Shown here one piece after another: positions 10,678 through 20,938 of a stretch of DNA of 64,000 nucleotides. The DNA comes from Synechococcus sp. M44_DOE_062 (GTDB lineage Bacteria > Cyanobacteriota > Cyanobacteriia > Thermostichales > Thermostichaceae), in NCBI GenBank assembly GCA_015295985.1, contig DVDX01000032.1:44740-108739 (forward strand). Reading direction: 5' to 3'. Positions within the stretch are counted from its first letter, which is position 1; every line of letters begins with the position of its first letter. The position numbers and the translations under genes are program-made. The notes beneath the pieces were generated by a model, which saw only the letters and a program-made list of their open reading frames with translations, made no database searches and was not told the origin of the DNA.

Positions 10678-11338
10678 GCTGCTATTGCTGGCTCCTGCCG
10701 CTGTGGGGCTCGCCAGGCATCAACTTGACCAAAGGCGGGGCGAGCAGCAGGCAAAAGCTGGGCCGAATTCTGGAATGGAGACACTCTTAACTCAGTACCC
10801 AGGGCAGGTAACAGGCGTAATGGGGTCGAGTCGATAGGTGCAACGGAAAGGCGTGCCCCTTCGACCTAGCCCAGATCTCAATCTTACCCTGAGCAGGTGC
10901 TTCTTTCCGCGTGCGAACCCTATCTTGTTGTGGACTCAGGCTGGGCCGCACAACTGGGGTTCTGCAATGGGCCAGCATCCAATCTACCGAGGCAGAGCCG
11001 TCTTGCTCCCTGAGCCTATCGATTGAGCCCATCCACGAATCTCCATGCACACCTCACCGAATTCCTCCCATCCAATGAGCTTTCCTCCCAATCCGCAGAA
11101 GCCCCCCGCTGTACCCACCAAGGACAGCATTGGGTAGTTCACATGCCCTTGCAGCCACCTCACCCATTGGAGCGGAAACAAAGCCAAGCGTTAAAGCAGA
11201 GCTGAAGGCAATGGATAGCCCCATGATGAGTCGATCTTGGTTAAAGAAACTTGAGCAGATCCCGGCAAAAGGACAGTACCTCGCCAGAACGAGGGTTCAA
11301 TCCGTAACCGCGTGCCCTGGGGGCGGGGAGGGAAGTTA

Positions 11339-13534
11339 ATGCCCAGGCAGATCGTCATTGCCGAGCAACATCGAGTGGCAGCCGTCTTCGCCGAAGATCA
11401 AGTGCAGGAGCTGATCGTCGCCAGCGGCGCTCACCAAGTGGGAGACGTCTACGTCGGAATCATCGAGAACGTTCTGCCCAGCATTGATGCTGCTTTCGTC
11501 AACATTGGCCCCGCAGAACGCAATGGATTTATTCACGTCACCGACCTCGGCCCGCTGCGCCTCAAGCGGAGCCATGCTTCCATTTCTGAGCTGGTCTTGC
11601 CGCAGCAAAAGGTGCTGGTTCAGGTGATGAAAGAGCCCACCGGTAACAAAGGGCCAAGGCTCACCGGAGATTTGGCCTTTCCGGGGCGGTATCTGGTGCT
11701 GCGACCTTATGGCAAAGGCGTCCATCTGTCCCGCCGCATCGAGGATCGGGAAGAACGCAACCGTTTGAAATCTCTGGCCATTTTGATTAAACCCCCACAG
11801 ATGGGCCTGCTGGTACGCACCGAAGCGGAGGGTGTGTCTGAAGAAGCGATGATCGACGACCTGGAGCAATTGAAGAAACTCTGGGAAGATATTCAACAGC
11901 AGTATCAGGCAGCACGGGGGCCGGGGCTCCTCAACCGGGATGACGACTTTATTCAGCGGGTGCTGCGGGATGTTTACTCCGACGATGTGAACCGCATTGT
12001 AACCGACTCTGCGGCGGGAGCGAAGCGAGTTCGTAGCTATCTGCAAGGTTGGAACAAGGGCCAAATGCCCCCCGGTGTTGTCGTCGATGCCCACCGCGAG
12101 CCTACCCCCATTCTGGAGTATTTTCGGGTCAACGCGGTTATTCGTCAGGCGCTGCGTCCGCGGGTGGATTTGCCCTCTGGCGGCTACATCATCATCGAGC
12201 CCACCGAGGCCCTGACGGTGATCGATGTCAACTCCGGCTCCTTCACCCAATCGGCCACCTCTCGGGAGACAGTGCTGTGGACAAACTGTGAGGCGGCTAC
12301 CGAGATTGCCCGCCAGTTGAGGCTGCGCAACATTGCCGGCGTGATTGTGGTGGATTTTATCGATATGGATTCCCGCCGCGACCAGTTGCTGGTTCTGGAG
12401 CATTTTAATAAAGCCCTCTCCAGTGACAAAGCTCGCCCCCAGGTAGCCCAACTGTCGGAATTGGGGCTGGTGGAGCTCACCCGCAAACGGCAGGGGCAAA
12501 GCCTTTACGAGATCTTCGGCCATTCTTGCCCCACCTGTGAGGGGCTGGGGATCCTGGCCCGCTTGCCGGGAGCCGAGCCGGGGCATCTGTTAACGATAGA
12601 GAGTGGCCTGACGGTAACGCTGCCCACCGAAGCGGAAGAAGGGGATGAGGAAGAGGCCGGCCCAATCCTGCCCCGCGATGGCAGCTCCCAACGGGCACGC
12701 CTGCGAGTGGGGAGCGATGGGCTGTCTCGAGGTGATAGCCGTGCGCTGCTGCGGCGGTCGCGCTCTGCCCCCGGACAACGACGCCCTAGCCCGGATCCCT
12801 TCTCGCCCTTTGCCACCCCGGTCGATCCGGAAGAGGAGCCACGGGTTGAAACGGGACGCAAGCGGCCCCGCGAAGACTGGGGGGATCCCCGCCCCGGCCA
12901 GCGCCTTGTTACGCGGAGCCCGGATACTCTTGCAGAAGAGGGAACCCCGGAGCTGCTTGGAGACGATCTCTTGCAACCGGCAGGGGGCGGAGCCGATCCA
13001 AAGCGTCGAGAACCCCGCCATTCTGGCCGTGGGGAAGAGGCAGAATCCACCGCACGCAAAGACCACACCCCCCCAGCCCGCACCGTTCGCGCCAGCGGGA
13101 CGGAGTCCTCAGAAGGCCGTCCGGCGCCGGTACGGCAAACGGTCACCGTGGAGATGACCCCGCTGCAACAACGGGTCTACTCGGAGTTGGGTCTGTCACC
13201 GCTGTTGCTCCTTGACCAGCCGCCGCCTTGGGGCCGAGACACGGCGGTTAGGGTGGTTCTGCCGGGAACTGCAGAGGCGGAAAGCCCACCCGAGATGGAG
13301 ACTGAGACAGCTTCTCAAGCGGAGGAGTTCGCACCCAAACCGGAGGCCTCGCAGGAGGAGGAGCCGCTGGGTGACGTTTCTCCACCCGAACCCTCTGAAC
13401 CCGAAATCCCCTCTGCTGAATCGTTGGCGTCAGCAGTGCAGAGCAGCTTGGCCGAGCCAGCGGCGGAACTGGGGATCAGCCCTGCCCAGCAATCTCCGGC
13501 AGCCTCTAGGCGGCGGCGCTCCCGCAGCAGTTAG
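11339..13534 (+). CDS. rne: Ribonuclease E/G
   Basis: [17 protein letters not shown]1 domain ([13 protein letters not shown]), [25 protein letters not shown]; disordered C-terminal half. Confidence 0.95.
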   Translation: MPRQIVIAEQHRVAAVFAEDQVQELIVASGAHQVGDVYVGIIENVLPSIDAAFVNIGPAERNGFIHVTDLGPLRLKRSHASISELVLPQQKVLVQVMKEPTGNKGPRLTGDLAFPGRYLVLRPYGKGVHLSRRIEDREERNRLKSLAILIKPPQMGLLVRTEAEGVSEEAMIDDLEQLKKLWEDIQQQYQAARGPGLLNRDDDFIQRVLRDVYSDDVNRIVTDSAAGAKRVRSYLQGWNKGQMPPGVVVDAHREPTPILEYFRVNAVIRQALRPRVDLPSGGYIIIEPTEALTVIDVNSGSFTQSATSRETVLWTNCEAATEIARQLRLRNIAGVIVVDFIDMDSRRDQLLVLEHFNKALSSDKARPQVAQLSELGLVELTRKRQGQSLYEIFGHSCPTCEGLGILARLPGAEPGHLLTIESGLTVTLPTEAEEGDEEEAGPILPRDGSSQRARLRVGSDGLSRGDSRALLRRSRSAPGQRRPSPDPFSPFATPVDPEEEPRVETGRKRPREDWGDPRPGQRLVTRSPDTLAEEGTPELLGDDLLQPAGGGADPKRREPRHSGRGEEAESTARKDHTPPARTVRASGTESSEGRPAPVRQTVTVEMTPLQQRVYSELGLSPLLLLDQPPPWGRDTAVRVVLPGTAEAESPPEMETETASQAEEFAPKPEASQEEEPLGDVSPPEPSEPEIPSAESLASAVQSSLAEPAAELGISPAQQSPAASRRRRSRSS

Positions 13535-13569
13535 ATGCTGCTCCTAAGCCCAGGGGCAGGCATGGGGGT

Positions 13570-14211
13570 ATGGCAGAGCGAACAAAGCCCAGTTTGATTT
13601 GGGAGGGATCCCTTTGGCAACAGGGGATCCTGCGGGTGGCGGGGGTGGATGAGGTGGGGCGGGGAGCCCTGGCCGGGCCAGTGGTGGCAGCGGCGGTGAT
13701 TTTGCCGGCCCAGATGGATCCCAAAGAACTGGAGGGAGTGAGGGATTCCAAACAACTGCGTCCGCAGCAACGGGCTCAATGGGCGGAACGGATTCGGGAG
13801 GTAGCTCTGGCTGTGGGCATTGGCAGTGCCTCTGCTGCCGAGATCGACCGGCTCAACATTCGACAGGCCACGGTGCTGGCCATGCAGCGGGCTTTGGCCG
13901 AGTTGGATCCCATCGAGTACATTTTGGTGGATGGATTGCCGCTGGCCGAGCTGGGATCCCGGCAAACGGCGCTGGTCAAGGGGGATCAAATCAGCCTCTC
14001 CATTGCCGCCGCTTCGGTTGTGGCCAAGGTCTGGCGAGATGCCTTGATGCAGAGCTGGGATCGACAGTACCCTGGCTACGGCTGGCGCACCAACGTTGGC
14101 TATGGCACGCGGGAGCACCGGTTGGCGTTGCAGAACCTGGGGCCTACTCCGCAGCACCGCCGCAGCTTTGCCCCCTTGGCAGAACTGAAGGTCAGCAGAT
14201 ATGATGATTGA
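13570..14211 (+). CDS. rnhB: Ribonuclease HII
   Basis: [31 protein letters not shown] motifs. Confidence 0.95.
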   Translation: MAERTKPSLIWEGSLWQQGILRVAGVDEVGRGALAGPVVAAAVILPAQMDPKELEGVRDSKQLRPQQRAQWAERIREVALAVGIGSASAAEIDRLNIRQATVLAMQRALAELDPIEYILVDGLPLAELGSRQTALVKGDQISLSIAAASVVAKVWRDALMQSWDRQYPGYGWRTNVGYGTREHRLALQNLGPTPQHRRSFAPLAELKVSRYDD

Positions 14212-14223
14212 TGCAGTTGCAGT

Positions 14224-14297
14224 GCCCACGTAGCTCAGTGGACTAGAGCACTGGGTTCCGGTCCCAGGTGTCGGAGGTTCGAATCCTTTCGTGGGCG
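14224..14297 (+). tRNA. tRNA-Arg(CCG)
   Basis: Cloverleaf: acceptor GCCCACG/CGTGGGC, D arm GCTC/GAGC, anticodon stem CTGGG/CCCAG with loop TTCCGGT, T loop TTCGAAT; CCA not encoded. Confidence 0.97.
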
Positions 14298-14300
14298 TCT

Positions 14301-15257
14301 TCAGGCATACAGGTGGGCAGCATACTCCCCGTACCCGTTGTAGGGCAGGGTGGGGACGATCTGCCACTGGGAACGGGATCCGAAGCCAATCAAGACTTCC
14401 TGCTCCTGTGACCAACGGGGGTGGGGCACCCTGGGATCCACATTGGCCTCAAATCCATATTTCTCAGGGGCGAGGGTATTCCAGAATGTGGAGGGTTGAC
14501 GGGCCAAAAACTCGATTTTGACGATGGACTTTCCCCCCTTAAAGCCATACTTCCAAGGAACCACCATGCGAATTGGCGCTCCGTGCTGTTTGGGCAACGG
14601 CTTGCCGTAGATGCCGAGGGCAAAAAAGGCCAACTCGTTAGCCATTTCCTCGATCCGCAACCCTTCCGTGTAGGGCCAAGGTAAGTTGGGGGGCCAGATT
14701 GGGCCAGGCATGACTTCCGGATCGTAAAAGGAGGTGAAGCGGACAAATCGAGCCGTCGGCAAGGGATCCACCCGTTCCAGCAACAGCCGCATCGGAAAGC
14801 CCAACCACGGCACCACCATCGCCCAGGCTTCTACACAGCGAAAGCGGTAGATGCGCTCTTCGAGGGGGAAGTTAAACAGATCTTCCAGGCCCAACCGCTG
14901 AGGATGCCGCACCAGCCCGCTAATCTCGACAGTCCAGGGATCCGTGGGCAAAGCCTGTGCAGCCCGCCAGATGCGCTTGCCGGAGCCGAACTCGTAGAAA
15001 TTGTTGTAACGAGCAGCAACAATCTCCTCGGTGAGGGGCCTGCCCACATTGGAAAAACGGGGGTTGAGTGGGATCCCCGTCAGCTCTCGTTCTACCGAGG
15101 GAGCGGATCCCCTGCTACCAAACCCAAAAATAGAAAAACTTGCCCCTACCCCAACGGATCCCAGTTGCGCTAGAAATTGCCGTCGGCTGAAAAAGATCTC
15201 TTCTGGAGTGACCTGAGCCTCTCGTTGCCAGGGGTGAGGAACTCGGATCCCGAACAT
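14301..15257 (-). CDS. msrP: Periplasmic methionine sulfoxide reductase catalytic subunit (YedY/MsrP)
   Basis: Tat-like SRRQFL, YNNFYEFG, YRFRCVEAW, HGAPIRMVVPWKYGFKGGKSIVKI. Confidence 0.92.
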   Translation of the reverse strand: MFGIRVPHPWQREAQVTPEEIFFSRRQFLAQLGSVGVGASFSIFGFGSRGSAPSVERELTGIPLNPRFSNVGRPLTEEIVAARYNNFYEFGSGKRIWRAAQALPTDPWTVEISGLVRHPQRLGLEDLFNFPLEERIYRFRCVEAWAMVVPWLGFPMRLLLERVDPLPTARFVRFTSFYDPEVMPGPIWPPNLPWPYTEGLRIEEMANELAFFALGIYGKPLPKQHGAPIRMVVPWKYGFKGGKSIVKIEFLARQPSTFWNTLAPEKYGFEANVDPRVPHPRWSQEQEVLIGFGSRSQWQIVPTLPYNGYGEYAAHLYA

Positions 15258-15361
15258 CAATCAGTCATCCTTTAATGAGAGGCAGGGAAAAAGTCTGGCG
15301 CCGGAATTGCCCCATTCTAAAGGAACCTTCCCCGCGCTGTTCCGTTCACAGCCAAAAGATA

Positions 15362-15473
15362 TAGTCACTTCAATTGAAACTGGGACACTGTGCCCAAACC
15401 CAAAACGTTGAACACAGAAGCTAGAAGGCTTTTCCCAGTAGCCCAGGTGTCTCATTCTAACCTGAAACGACTG
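15362..15473 (+). mobile_element. MITE-like repeat copy D (112 bp, TA-flanked, imperfect 28-bp terminal inverted repeats)
   Basis: TA|TAGTCACTTCAATTG...CTAACCTGAAACGACTG|TA; the two ends match at 19 of 28 positions as inverted repeats; homologous to 23002-23145, 34923-35122 and 43804-43909. Confidence 0.75.
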
Positions 15474-15564
15474 TAAGATCGCCCCAAGACCTCGCAGGCT
15501 GGAATGCTCAATGAGCGTACAGCCGTATGGAGTCAGTGCTGCTGGAAAGAAGTCCGAGGACTCA

Positions 15565-15984
15565 CTAGGGGCTTGCGGTGGGTTCCGGCAAAACGTAAAT
15601 GGACTCCACCTGCCGCCCTGCCGATGGCACTGCTTGGATGATGCCCTTGTCGATGTGGTAGATGACCTTCTCCGCTTGCAACTGATTTTCCCCTTGGTTG
15701 ATGATGACTTGGCCCTCCAGCTCAATGCGTTGCTCCTGGCTGTAGTACACGGCTCTTTGGGCGCGGGCCGTCAGCCGCTCGGCAGGAAAACTGAGGGTGA
15801 CATTGCCAATGGCCGTAAAAACTCCCGTGTTGGCGTTGGCTTCCTGAACATCGGCGCTGATGCTGATGGCACGGGGATTCTGACCCCAAGCCGGGATCCC
15901 AAGGGCGAGCACCATACCCACAGCCCAGCTCAGTGCCTTCAGCCGCTTCCAACCCTTCCGGCCAAGCGCTATCTCCAAAGTCAT
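15565..15984 (-). CDS. LptA/OstA-family protein
   Basis: Signal peptide, then ISADVQEANANTGVFTAIGNV, ARAQRAVYYSQEQRIELEGQV. Confidence 0.85.
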   Translation of the reverse strand: MTLEIALGRKGWKRLKALSWAVGMVLALGIPAWGQNPRAISISADVQEANANTGVFTAIGNVTLSFPAERLTARAQRAVYYSQEQRIELEGQVIINQGENQLQAEKVIYHIDKGIIQAVPSAGRQVESIYVLPEPTASP

Positions 15985-16059
15985 GCCCCATCACCCCGTC
16001 AATCCACCCCAGCAGCCAGTCTAGCCTCTCAATCCTGGTCACAATGGCGGGGCAGCCTA

Positions 16060-16401
16060 CTAGCCCGTTTCCTTTCCTCCCTGCGGCAGAGCTTGGGCAA
16101 GCTGTCTTTCCAATTCGGCAACCCGTTGCATGAGCTGCCGGTTGGCCTCCAGCAGCTCCCGCGCCTGGCTGTTGAGATAGGGATCCGATTCCCACCAATT
16201 GATGCCGATCTCCTTGGCCTTATCCACCGAAGAAATGAGCAGGCGAATGCGCACATTCAGCAACTCCACATTGCCCACGGAAACGGTGATGTCTCCGGCG
16301 ATTACAATGCCCTTATCCAGTACCCGCTCCAACACATCGGCCAGCGAGGAGCCGTGAGTAGCCGTGGTCAAGGGTTGAGAGCTAATCGGCACAGGGTTCA
16401 T
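16060..16401 (-). CDS. gvpJ: Gas vesicle protein GvpJ
   Basis: SSLADVLERVLDKGIVIAGDI...RIRLLISSVDKAKEIGINWW; follows gvpN. Confidence 0.9.
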   Translation of the reverse strand: MNPVPISSQPLTTATHGSSLADVLERVLDKGIVIAGDITVSVGNVELLNVRIRLLISSVDKAKEIGINWWESDPYLNSQARELLEANRQLMQRVAELERQLAQALPQGGKETG

Positions 16402-16433
16402 CGACCTCCAAAGCGTACCAACAGGCAAAAGAC

Positions 16434-17318
16434 TCAGCCAGGCAGTTGGTCTAGCAGATAATTCAGCAACTGGGATCCCTCTTCATAGCGCTTGCCGGCT
16501 CGCGGCAACAGCACATCCGCACACAAAGCGCGAAAATCGGCATTCTCCTTGCTGACCGCCAGCTCATGTTCCTTGACAATGCGCCCGATCATCAAACAAC
16601 TGCGCAGGCTGGGGTGGCGCGTCAGATCCAGCTTGCGGCGAAAAGCCCGCACAATGTGGACGATCTTGAGCGCATCAGGACCGGATAAGCCTATTCGCGA
16701 GGTGAGGATCTCTTTTTCGGTCTCGATGTCCGGCTCCCCCATATCGATGGTGATCATCCGATCCAGCAGCGCATCTTGGGCCTTGTGAACCCCAGTGTAT
16801 TCCTCCGGGTTAGAGGTAAAAATGGCCCGGAACTGGGGATGCACCCGCAGATATTCCGAGCGGTTGCTGTCCGGCGGCAACACCAGCAGCCTCTCCTCCA
16901 GAGCACTCAGGAGAGCATTGTTGGCCTCAGGGCGGGAGCGATTGAACTCGTCGTAGATGAGGGTAAACCCCTCTCGGCAAGCCAAGGTAAGGCGGGCATC
17001 CACCCAGCGCTGCTGCACATCCTCCTCCGTCTTCACCACCGAGTGAATGAAGTTGTCCACCACCCGCCGATGGGTAAAGCCGGTGCGCCCCCCAATGAGG
17101 TCGGAAGAATCGAAGCGGTCATCCCCGTAGATCAGCATAATGGGACGACCCAGCAGGCTGGCCAGGTGCATCGCCAAAGTGGTTTTGCCTGTACCCGAAG
17201 GCCCCCGCAAGTGCACCGCAAAGCCCGATTGCAAATAGCGCAAAGCGCGGCGAGTAATCCGCTCAATATAGGGGGTGTTCACGAACTGGCGGGGACGCGC
17301 CTGCAGAACCGTGGCCAT
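16434..17318 (-). CDS. gvpN: Gas vesicle AAA+ ATPase GvpN
   Basis: HLRGPSGTGKTT, LIYDEFNRSRPE, FTSNPEEY, QDALLDR. Confidence 0.95.
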   Translation of the reverse strand: MATVLQARPRQFVNTPYIERITRRALRYLQSGFAVHLRGPSGTGKTTLAMHLASLLGRPIMLIYGDDRFDSSDLIGGRTGFTHRRVVDNFIHSVVKTEEDVQQRWVDARLTLACREGFTLIYDEFNRSRPEANNALLSALEERLLVLPPDSNRSEYLRVHPQFRAIFTSNPEEYTGVHKAQDALLDRMITIDMGEPDIETEKEILTSRIGLSGPDALKIVHIVRAFRRKLDLTRHPSLRSCLMIGRIVKEHELAVSKENADFRALCADVLLPRAGKRYEEGSQLLNYLLDQLPG

Positions 17319-17397
17319 AGGAATACCCAACCTCTTTGCTGCCTCAGACTTCTTTGCCTTGACTATAGCCCGGATGTTCTTCCTGCGCTCAGTTCAA

Positions 17398-18429
17398 CTA
17401 AATTGCGACCGTCCCCGACACCATGCGCCGCAACGTAACCAAGATTTCCGAGGGATCCACCCCCAGATCCACTGCGCCGCGGGCCAGCAGATCGCGCACC
17501 CGTTCCCGATCCCCAATCACCTGCAGCAGGGTCAGGTTGGGATCCTGCGCCTGTAGGTCACTCACATAGGCATTGACATAAGCAACGATGGGATCCACCT
17601 GTTCCTCAGCCGTAGGCGGAACTTCAGGGGGTTTAGGTGCTGTTGAATCCTCTGAGGGCTGGGGCTGGGGAACAGAGACCAGGACGGGCGACTCCAGTGG
17701 GGCTGGGTCTTCGGCCATGGGCGTCGCGTCAGAGGCAGGCACTGGCGCTTCAACCGCAATCTCAACCGAACTGCCAGAGCTTTCACTGGAAATGGAGACC
17801 TCAGGTTCTGGGCTGAGAACAGGGATCCCATTGCCCCACACCTGCTCCCGCAACTCCACTCGGAAAGTGGCCAGGGATCCCCGTAGGGCCTGCGCTTGGG
17901 CTTGCTGTTCCTGGGCCATCTGAGCCAGCTCCTGTCGAGCCATTTGTCGGAGAGCTTGCACCCACTGCCGCAGATCAGCGCAAAAAGACTGCCGCGCTTG
18001 CTGAGTTTCGCCGGCCATCGCCTGCCGAGCCTGCGTATAGGTGCTCAGCAAATGCTCCACAGCTGCAGTCAAGTTGGCCTGGAAAGCCTGCAATTGCTGC
18101 CGGCTGGCTTCCGATTGAGCAGCCCGTTCCCGCTCCAGGCAAGCAAGACGCTCTGCCACCGATTTGGCCCGCTGAGCCGCTGCTTTCGAACGGGAGTCTT
18201 CGTCCAGGGATCGCCTCACAGCCCGCTCCTGCCTCAATTTCCGCAGTTGGCTGCGGGTTTGCTCCGTCTGCTGCCGTAGTGCTTCTTGTCGTTGTTGGCG
18301 GCGCTGCCCTAGCTCAGCCATCACAGCTCGGTGCTGCTCTAGGCGCTGCTGCCGGGATCGGCTCAATAAACTTCGATTCTGAGCCACCCGCTGGCTGCGG
18401 GCCATGGCCCATTGTTCCTGCAAACTCAT
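17398..18429 (-). CDS. gvpC: Gas vesicle protein GvpC with an extended Pro/Glu-rich linker and C-terminal domain
   Basis: MSLQEQW start, Ala/Gln/Arg-rich helical repeats ending LREQVWG, position between gvpA and gvpN. Confidence 0.75.
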   Translation of the reverse strand: MSLQEQWAMARSQRVAQNRSLLSRSRQQRLEQHRAVMAELGQRRQQRQEALRQQTEQTRSQLRKLRQERAVRRSLDEDSRSKAAAQRAKSVAERLACLERERAAQSEASRQQLQAFQANLTAAVEHLLSTYTQARQAMAGETQQARQSFCADLRQWVQALRQMARQELAQMAQEQQAQAQALRGSLATFRVELREQVWGNGIPVLSPEPEVSISSESSGSSVEIAVEAPVPASDATPMAEDPAPLESPVLVSVPQPQPSEDSTAPKPPEVPPTAEEQVDPIVAYVNAYVSDLQAQDPNLTLLQVIGDRERVRDLLARGAVDLGVDPSEILVTLRRMVSGTVAI

Positions 18430-18881
18430 GATCTCCAATCCCTCACGTCGTTTTCAATGCTTGGGCGGATACCGCTTCTTTAGTTCTTTCCAAACTCAAT
18501 ATCCACTGGCAGTGCCCGCCTGCAGCTCAATAGGTCTGCAAGACTCACTACCTGAACAAGACCCATGGGAGCAAGGCAGAGACCGGCGGCGGATCCCTGC
18601 CTCACTTTCCGACGGCTAACCCCCTACGCCTCTGCCCAGAGCGCATAACTCGTTTAGCTATCGCGACCCTCAAGGCAAGAGGGCTGTGGGCACTTCTCTT
18701 GATCTCGATTTGATTGAGTGTGATTGAGTAAACTACTCCTAGCTAAAGCAGGGAGCTTTCAGTAGCCCTGTAGTTGGCAAGCCAACCACGGGCCTCTGGG
18801 GTGGTTTACAGCACCCCCAATCGACCGTTACCAGTGCCTTAAACAACCGTTTCTGGTACCCGCACTATTACAATGACACAA

Positions 18882-18897
18882 GGCAACTGAAGTTGCC
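18882..18897 (-). terminator. Stem-loop downstream of gvpA (terminator or processing/stability element)
   Basis: GGCAAC-TGAA-GTTGCC perfect 6-bp stem about 70 nt after the gvpA stop, followed by TTGTGT on the minus strand. Confidence 0.4.
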
Positions 18898-18969
18898 CAA
18901 GGAGCTTTCTTCCCCGCACTAAAGTACGGGGCTTCCAGCCTAACCCAATGTGATTTTGACTGGGCAGAT

Positions 18970-19188
18970 TTAGACGGCAGGAGCAGCAGCGGTAGCTGTT
19001 AGACCCACAGCCTCAGCATACTTCAGGTAGGTTTCCACAGAAGCCACAACGACGCGGGCTTCAATGGCCAGCAGCTCGATCCCAACCAAAGAAACCCGCA
19101 CCCAGGCATCGACAACGATACCTTTGTCCAAGATGCGATCGATCACTTCGGCCAAGCTGGAAGAAGAGTTCACTTTTTCGACTGCCAT
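18970..19188 (-). CDS. gvpA: Gas vesicle structural protein GvpA
   Basis: [40 protein letters not shown], near-canonical GvpA. Confidence 0.98.
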   Translation of the reverse strand: MAVEKVNSSSSLAEVIDRILDKGIVVDAWVRVSLVGIELLAIEARVVVASVETYLKYAEAVGLTATAAAPAV

Positions 19189-19504
19189 GACAAGTTCTCC
19201 TGCGCTAGTGGTGCTGGTTAGAGAGACGAAGCAATGAGCGGCAAAACCTTAGGGCAGAAGGAGCCCAAAGCCCCGGCTACACCTCTCACAGGGCGACAAG
19301 CCGCACTTTTCATTGCTCTATGCCTTATTTTGATGCCTTCCCACAGGGACAACACCCGTAAATCCGCTTAAAAAAGAAAACGAATTTCAGCGATTTGTTG
19401 CTTGTTGTGAAGTACACCCCTTGAGCCAGGGTACCCCTCAACAGAGCAAAGTGGGTGAGTTGATGCCCTGGAAAAGCAGCAAGGATCCCCTGCAACAGCT
19501 ACGG

Positions 19505-19510
19505 TATAAT
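19505..19510 (+). promoter_or_regulatory. Putative -10 box (TATAAT) for hfq
   Basis: Perfect TATAAT about 60 nt upstream of the hfq GTG. Confidence 0.45.
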
Positions 19511-19572
19511 GGGGCTAGCTCACCTCCTAGGTAGTGGGTAGGCATGTCCTCTTGCTGGCTCAGAATGCTGCT

Positions 19573-19794
19573 GTGACTGACTTCAACACCGGGATCCCGA
19601 GCGTGCGTCGCCTGCAGAAGGGGATCAAGGATCGGGAAACCTTTGAAATTAAGCTCAGTACGGGGGATGTCTTTGTTGGCCAGTTGCGCTGGCAAGATCC
19701 TGATTGCCTCTGTTTGGCCGATGCCGAGGGACAGGAGTCGCTGCTGTGGCGCTCGGCCATTGCTTTTGTCAGGGTCAGGCCCCGATCTCAGTAG
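19573..19794 (+). CDS. hfq: Cyanobacterial Hfq-like Sm protein
   Basis: TDFNTGIPSVRRLQ...EIKLSTGDVFVGQLRWQD...AIAFV matches the cyanobacterial Hfq pattern; GTG start at 19573. Confidence 0.85.
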   Translation: MTDFNTGIPSVRRLQKGIKDRETFEIKLSTGDVFVGQLRWQDPDCLCLADAEGQESLLWRSAIAFVRVRPRSQ

Positions 19795-19970
19795 TGCTCC
19801 AGATCCCTCTACGGCTCTTCTTCCCCATTCTTGAACAAATCTTTACAACTCTTTATAACAACTCAGGACTTTTCTGCCTCGCTTTGAGGGCAGTCGCCTC
19901 CAGGTAAACATGCCAATTAAGAAGGGTATGATAAGGAGTGCTAAAAAACGTGCTCTCTCCTCACCCAACC

Positions 19971-20654
19971 ATGACGACCGCCACCATTGAGATACCGCTT
20001 CAGCCTGCTGCCCAACGGCACAATCACTACAGCCGCGAAGACTTTTTCCGCTTTAACCTCTCCCAGGGATCCCTTGTGGACTGGACAGGTGCCCGCAATG
20101 TCTTGGTGAGCGAAGACTTTATTCTGGGCTTGCAGCAGGGCCTGGAAGAAGAGGTGGGAGATGCCTCGGCTTCTCTGATGTATACCATTGGTCAAGAGTG
20201 GGGACGCAACGATGCCGTCCATTTTTCCCGCTGGTTTGAGGAGGAATATCGGCGCCAGCCCAAGCAGAGTAATCTCATGTTTCTCTTGGAAACCTGGTGG
20301 TGGCCTCTGACCTCGCAAGGATGGGGGCGCTGGGAGGTGGAGACCGAGAGTCGGCGGCAAGGGTTTATTTTCATCAACCTCTTTGACTCGGCTGTGGCCC
20401 GCACCCTGGGGGATGTGGGCAAACCTGTCTGTCATCTTTATGCCGGATTGTTTGCCGGCTTTTTTAGCACCATGGTGGAACGGCAACTGAATTGCATCGA
20501 GATCCAGTGCTACTCCATGGGGGAGAGCTATTGTAAGTTTTTGCTCGGCAGCAAAGATCGCATCGATGCGGCTGCTTTTTGGCTGAACGAAGGGGCCAGT
20601 GCTAGCGAAATTGCCCAAAAATTGCGCTCAGGCCAGGGAGTAGCCAAGGCATGA
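19971..20654 (+). CDS. V4R-domain protein (Slr0144-like)
   Basis: GWGRWE, FDSAVARTLG, PVCHLYAGLFAGFF, CIEIQCYSMGESYCKF. Confidence 0.85.
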   Translation: MTTATIEIPLQPAAQRHNHYSREDFFRFNLSQGSLVDWTGARNVLVSEDFILGLQQGLEEEVGDASASLMYTIGQEWGRNDAVHFSRWFEEEYRRQPKQSNLMFLLETWWWPLTSQGWGRWEVETESRRQGFIFINLFDSAVARTLGDVGKPVCHLYAGLFAGFFSTMVERQLNCIEIQCYSMGESYCKFLLGSKDRIDAAAFWLNEGASASEIAQKLRSGQGVAKA

Positions 20655-20902
20655 CCTGGAAGATTGCTTTAGAAGATTCGGTGCAGAGCTTTTTTGCCCG
20701 TCTAAATTGGGATAACCGCCCTTTGCGGATGCGCACTCTGCCGATGCCTTTTCTGCAAGTGCAGGAGCATTTTGGCTCCATCCCCTGGGCCGGGGATCCC
20801 CTGAGTTTGGCCGCGCATTCTCTGGGATCCCTGTCGGCGGCACCGGAACCCGAGCCGGAAGAAGAACAGATCACCTTGGCGGATCTGTTCAGCCTGTTTT
20901 GA
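20651..20902 (+). CDS. Small hypothetical protein in the V4R operon (Slr0145-like position)
   Basis: Overlaps the upstream stop (ATGA coupling); FFARLNWDN, FGSIPW, TLADLFSLF. Confidence 0.7.
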   Translation: MTWKIALEDSVQSFFARLNWDNRPLRMRTLPMPFLQVQEHFGSIPWAGDPLSLAAHSLGSLSAAPEPEPEEEQITLADLFSLF

Positions 20903-20938
20903 GTCTCCTAGCACCCACTGACATCTGGGAGAAGCGAG

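Noticed and set aside
10700-11030. RNase P RNA, tmRNA, SRP RNA or 6S RNA
   Set aside because: Diagnostic motifs (GAGGAAAGTCC; GGGGCTG..GGTTTCGAC; CAGG-GGAAG-AGCAG loop) were not found; kept only as a structured rne leader
14224-14300. tRNA used as an integration site for a genomic island
   Set aside because: No integrase and no duplicated tRNA 3' end found downstream
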